Part shown: positions 60,470 to 64,000 of the stretch, one piece after another | Layout of the letters: each line of letters begins with the position of its first letter | How positions within the stretch are numbered: position 1 is the stretch's first letter | DNA from: a candidate division FCPU426 bacterium | GTDB taxonomy: Bacteria > Oederibacteriota > JAAXVQ01 > JAUVAV01 | DNA length: 64,000 nucleotides | Direction of reading: 5' to 3' | NCBI GenBank assembly: GCA_040756875.1 | Contig: JBFLYH010000001.1 | Coordinates: 576,001 to 640,000, forward strand | Position numbers and translations under genes: made by a program | The notes under the pieces: generated by a model | The model's database searches: none | Told to the model about the DNA's origin: nothing | What the model saw: the letters and a program-made list of their open reading frames with translations, nothing else

Positions 60470-60529
60470 GAACCCCTGGCAGGCTGGAATTCCCATTTCC
60501 GCTGGAATCTTGCGGACCGAACGACAGGA

Positions 60530-60628
60530 TCATTGCTTCTTGTTCAATACCCTCCGGAAGCAGAACACCCCGGCCGCAATAATCATCCCCCAGGAAACCA
60601 ATAGGAAAACCCAGCCGCCCCAATTCAT
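60530..60628 (-). CDS. 32-aa single-TM peptide, probable small subunit of the NSS transporter (MetS-like)
   Basis: Manual translation MNWGGWVFLLVSWGMIIAAGVFCFRRVLNKKQ; SD GGAGG; starts 2 bp after the transporter stop. Confidence 0.75.
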   Translation of the reverse strand: MNWGGWVFLLVSWGMIIAAGVFCFRRVLNKKQ

Positions 60629-60630
60629 GA

Positions 60631-62184
60631 TCAAGCCTCCTTGTTTACCGCCCGGCTGCGCCGGCGCCAGGACAACCAGACTCCCAAACACAAGCCGGTA
60701 AAGATCAGCAGCAGCATGAGCCGGACCGCCAGAACCACGGACCGGTTTTCAGCCGGCACGTTTTTCATCAGCAAGGTGGGCAGGCCCTCCTGCGCCAGCC
60801 AGAAACCGAGAATGACCAACAGAAAAACCGGCGTGACGTACTTGATGATGAACTTATAAATGCGGGGCAGGGTCAAATCAGCCCCTGTATGGATCTCCTC
60901 CCAGGCCTTTTCCATCCCGAAAATCCAGGCGAACAGAATCGCCTCGATTGTCCCGAAGAGCACCAGGCTGAACGTGCCGCCCCAAAAATCCAGTTCGTCC
61001 ACTACGCCATGCGCCAGGCCGAAGATCGCCGGCTGGCAGAGAAGAAAAGCGGCAATCCCGAAGAACCAGACCGCCTTCTTGCGGCCCACGTTGAATTCGT
61101 CCTCGATGAACGCCACGGCCGGCTGGGCCAGGGACACCGAGGAGGTCACGCCGGCCAAAAACAGGAGGGCGAACCAGAGGAAGGCAAACAGCGGACCCAG
61201 GGGAATTTTTTCGAAAATCAGGGGCATGGTTACGAATCCCAGGTTGAAGGAACCGCTTTTGGCAATGGCCTGAATTTCACCCGGCCCGAAAAAGGCGAAC
61301 GCCATGGGGATGACGATGCTGCCTCCCAACACCACTTCCGCGAATTCGTTGGTGCTGACAGCCGTAAGCCCCGACAGGACCACGTCGTCTTCTTTTTTCA
61401 GGTAGCTGGCATAGGTCAGGATGACACCGATGCCCACGCTGAGCGTAAAGAATATTTGGCCGGCTGCGGCCAGCCAGGTTTTGGCGCTAAGCAGCGCGGA
61501 AAAATCCGGGTTCCAGAGGAACCCCAGGCCATTGGCGATGTTCCAGTCGGGGTGGGAGGCGTTCGGGGCGCCAAGCGTCAACACCCGGATGAGGATGATC
61601 AGGGCGAAACACAGCAGCATGGGCATTGCCAGTTTGCTCAGCCGTTCGATGCCACCTTTAATGCCAAAGTACACCACGCTCATGTTCAGGCTGAAAGTGA
61701 TCAGAAAAAAGATGTAGGCAGGCCCCAGGGTGCTGAAATACTCGTTCTGCACCAACCCCTGAAATCCGCTGAGAAAGGCTTTCATGCTGCCCTCGGTGGT
61801 GGCGGCGGCATACTGCCCGGAAAGGGAGAAGAAACTGTAGGCCAGCAACCAGGATTCGATATAGGTGTAATAAATAAAAATGACCATTGGCCCGAAAATG
61901 CCGATGACGCCAAAATACTTGATGAAACGGTTCTTGCGCCAAGCGCTATGGAAAATACCCGGCGCCGTGGAGTGTTCGAACCCGCCCCCGTAGCGTCCGA
62001 GCGTCCATTCGATCCACATGAGGGGAATGCCGAGGAGGAGCAGGGAGATGAAATAGGGGATCATGAAAGCTCCGCCGCCGTTCTGGGCCGCCTGAACCGG
62101 GAAACGCAGGAAATTGCCCAAGCCCACTGCGCTGCCCGCCACAGCCATGATTACGCCGAGTTTTGAACCCCAGGTTTGACGCAT
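60631..62184 (-). CDS. Sodium-dependent transporter, NSS (LeuT-like) family
   Basis: AGSAVGLGNFLRFP, NGGGAFMIPY, GIER, AAGQIFFTLSVG, FLAGVTSSVS. Confidence 0.96.
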   Translation of the reverse strand: MRQTWGSKLGVIMAVAGSAVGLGNFLRFPVQAAQNGGGAFMIPYFISLLLLGIPLMWIEWTLGRYGGGFEHSTAPGIFHSAWRKNRFIKYFGVIGIFGPMVIFIYYTYIESWLLAYSFFSLSGQYAAATTEGSMKAFLSGFQGLVQNEYFSTLGPAYIFFLITFSLNMSVVYFGIKGGIERLSKLAMPMLLCFALIILIRVLTLGAPNASHPDWNIANGLGFLWNPDFSALLSAKTWLAAAGQIFFTLSVGIGVILTYASYLKKEDDVVLSGLTAVSTNEFAEVVLGGSIVIPMAFAFFGPGEIQAIAKSGSFNLGFVTMPLIFEKIPLGPLFAFLWFALLFLAGVTSSVSLAQPAVAFIEDEFNVGRKKAVWFFGIAAFLLCQPAIFGLAHGVVDELDFWGGTFSLVLFGTIEAILFAWIFGMEKAWEEIHTGADLTLPRIYKFIIKYVTPVFLLVILGFWLAQEGLPTLLMKNVPAENRSVVLAVRLMLLLIFTGLCLGVWLSWRRRSRAVNKEA

Positions 62185-62402
62185 TCCGACACACCTCTTC
62201 TGCAGAGCGTTGCCATTAACTTACCGAATAATTGCCGTGAACACAATGAAAAAGCCGCTGTCAGCTATCTTTACTTGACCGGGGGGTTGTGATATGATTC
62301 ACAGTCTTCTTCCCCCACAAGACCTATACAAACCCCGCCCTTGCCTATGGGAATGAAAGGGTATATTGGGTTGCACGGGGTATTCGATCCGGAGGAACTA
62401 CC

Positions 62403-63593
62403 ATGCAGATTGCCAGAAGAATGCAAAGGATCTCGCCTTCACCCACGTTGGCCATTGACGCCAAAGCCAAACAGATGAAAGCCTCAGGGATCGACATTAT
62501 CAATTTCGGAGCCGGGGAGCCGGATTTTGACACCCCCGAGTACATCAAACAGGCCGCGATTGCCGCCATTCAAGCCGGGTACACCAAATACACTCCGGCT
62601 TCCGGCTCGCCTGAATTAAAAGAGGCGGTATGCGAGAAATTCCGCCGGGAGAACGGGCTCGATTATTCCATGAAGGAAGTCATCATCAATTGCGGGGCCA
62701 AGCATTCCATCTACAATGTTTTTCAGGTGTTGATCAACCCGGGCGACGAGGTCTTGATCCCCGCGCCCTATTGGGTGACCTATCCGGAGGCCGTCAAGCT
62801 GGCCGGCGGAAAACCGGTTTTCATCAAGACCACCGAAAAGACCGGTTTCAAAGTGCCGGCTTCGGTTCTGAGACGGAAAATTACGGCTAAAACGAAAATG
62901 GTGGTCATTAACTCTCCCAGCAATCCCACCGGCGGGGTATATACTCCTGAAGAGTTGAAGGAATTAATGAAGGTGGCCATGGGGAAAAAGATTTATGTCC
63001 TTTCCGACGAGATCTACGAGCATCTGGTTTACGACGGCGCCAAGCACGTCTCGCCGGCTGCGGTGCTGCCCGAGGCCAAAGCCTGGACCGTGGTGATCAA
63101 CGGCGTGTCAAAATCCTTTTCGATGACCGGCTGGCGGATCGGTTACACAGCCGGCCCGGAAGCGGTGATTTCGGCCATGGGCAATCTGCAAAGTCACTCC
63201 ACGTCCAATCCCACCAGCATCGCCATGAAAGCGGCCGTGGCAGCCCTGACCAAACCTGCGCAGGAACTGCCCAAGATGCAGGCGGCCTTCAAGGAACGTC
63301 GCGATTTTATCGTGAGCCGGCTGAATGCCATCGGAGGGGTGACCTGCCTCAAACCCCAGGGCGCCTTTTATGTCTTTCCGAACATAGGGGCCCTGCTGGG
63401 GCAACGGTTGGGCGGAACCCTGATGTCCACCGGTCAGCAAATCGCGGAATACCTGCTGGAAAAAGCCCGGGTGGCCGTGGTCCCCGGCGACGGCTTTGGC
63501 GCGGATGAATACCTGCGCATCTCCTATGCCACTTCCATGGAGAATCTCAAGCAGGGCATGGCCAGGATCGAGGCGGCCCTGGCTGAAGCCTGA
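62403..63593 (+). CDS. aspC: Class I PLP-dependent (aspartate-type) aminotransferase
   Basis: GEPDFDTP, NSPSNPTG, SDEIYE, SKSFSMTGWRIG, GAFY, LRISYA. Confidence 0.92.
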   Translation: MQIARRMQRISPSPTLAIDAKAKQMKASGIDIINFGAGEPDFDTPEYIKQAAIAAIQAGYTKYTPASGSPELKEAVCEKFRRENGLDYSMKEVIINCGAKHSIYNVFQVLINPGDEVLIPAPYWVTYPEAVKLAGGKPVFIKTTEKTGFKVPASVLRRKITAKTKMVVINSPSNPTGGVYTPEELKELMKVAMGKKIYVLSDEIYEHLVYDGAKHVSPAAVLPEAKAWTVVINGVSKSFSMTGWRIGYTAGPEAVISAMGNLQSHSTSNPTSIAMKAAVAALTKPAQELPKMQAAFKERRDFIVSRLNAIGGVTCLKPQGAFYVFPNIGALLGQRLGGTLMSTGQQIAEYLLEKARVAVVPGDGFGADEYLRISYATSMENLKQGMARIEAALAEA

Positions 63594-63632
63594 GGCTGTG
63601 CTTCAATAATCCGATAAACCGAAGGAAACATC

Positions 63633-64000
63633 ATGATCAATTGGCTATTGACCAAACTGTTTGGTACCAAATCCCAACGGGACATTAAACGGCTGCTCCC
63701 GATCGTGGAACGGATCAACGGCCTGGAACCCGGGCTGAAATCCCTGAGCGATGAGCAGCTGCGCGCCAAAACCGAAGAGTTCCGTCAGCGCCTGAAAACC
63801 GGAGAGACGCTCGACGACTTGCTGCCCGAAGCATTCGCGGTCGTGCGCGAGACCTCGGTCAGGACGCTGGGATTGAGGCATTTCGACGTCCAGATGATGG
63901 GCGGCATCGTTCTTCACCAGGGTAAAATCGCCGAAATGAAGACGGGGGAAGGCAAGACCCTGGTGGCGACCCTGCCCGTGTATCTCAACGCCCTGACCGG
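63633..64000 (+). CDS. secA: Preprotein translocase ATPase SecA (5' part only)
   Basis: Manual translation [52 protein letters not shown]. Confidence 0.97.
   Translation, partial: MINWLLTKLFGTKSQRDIKRLLPIVERINGLEPGLKSLSDEQLRAKTEEFRQRLKTGETLDDLLPEAFAVVRETSVRTLGLRHFDVQMMGGIVLHQGKIAEMKTGEGKTLVATLPVYLNALT

Noticed and set aside
62300-62400. Long imperfect hairpin upstream of the aminotransferase (possible ncRNA)
   Set aside because: Pairing is loose and matches no RNA family I can recognise
1-64000. tRNA, rRNA, prophage, IS or anti-phage defence genes
   Set aside because: None recognised; intergenic gaps are short and the major ORFs are otherwise explained

Overview
Bacterial chromosomal DNA from a GC-rich, two-membrane organism, densely coding, with no rRNA, tRNA, CRISPR array, integrase or transposase recognised. 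Housekeeping genes include glpK (partial), rpe, rlmN, hisG, rarA, hom-thrC-apgM-like-lysC, trxA-trxB, an NSS transporter, an aspartate-type aminotransferase and secA (partial). They are interleaved with envelope and signalling loci: a TonB-dependent receptor with a substrate-binding protein, three orphan lycopene-cyclase-domain membrane proteins beside a two-component pair, alpha-2-macroglobulin with PBP1C, and an AmrB-AmrA fusion. The most striking content is two loci (29956-47464 and 53991-60469) in which four secreted proteins with type IX secretion (T9SS)-like C-terminal sorting domains alternate one-to-one with four PorV/FadL-like beta-barrels, one fused to OmpA and one to FN3. No T9SS motor or translocon gene was recognised in the window. 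The first locus runs directly into an RND adaptor, two RND permeases and a TolC with a long acidic extension. This is a candidate non-canonical protein export or surface-display system. All calls come from motif recognition by eye; no searches were run. The taxonomy (non-Bacteroidota, possibly a candidate phylum such as FCPU426, Firestonebacteria or Goldbacteria) is only an inference.
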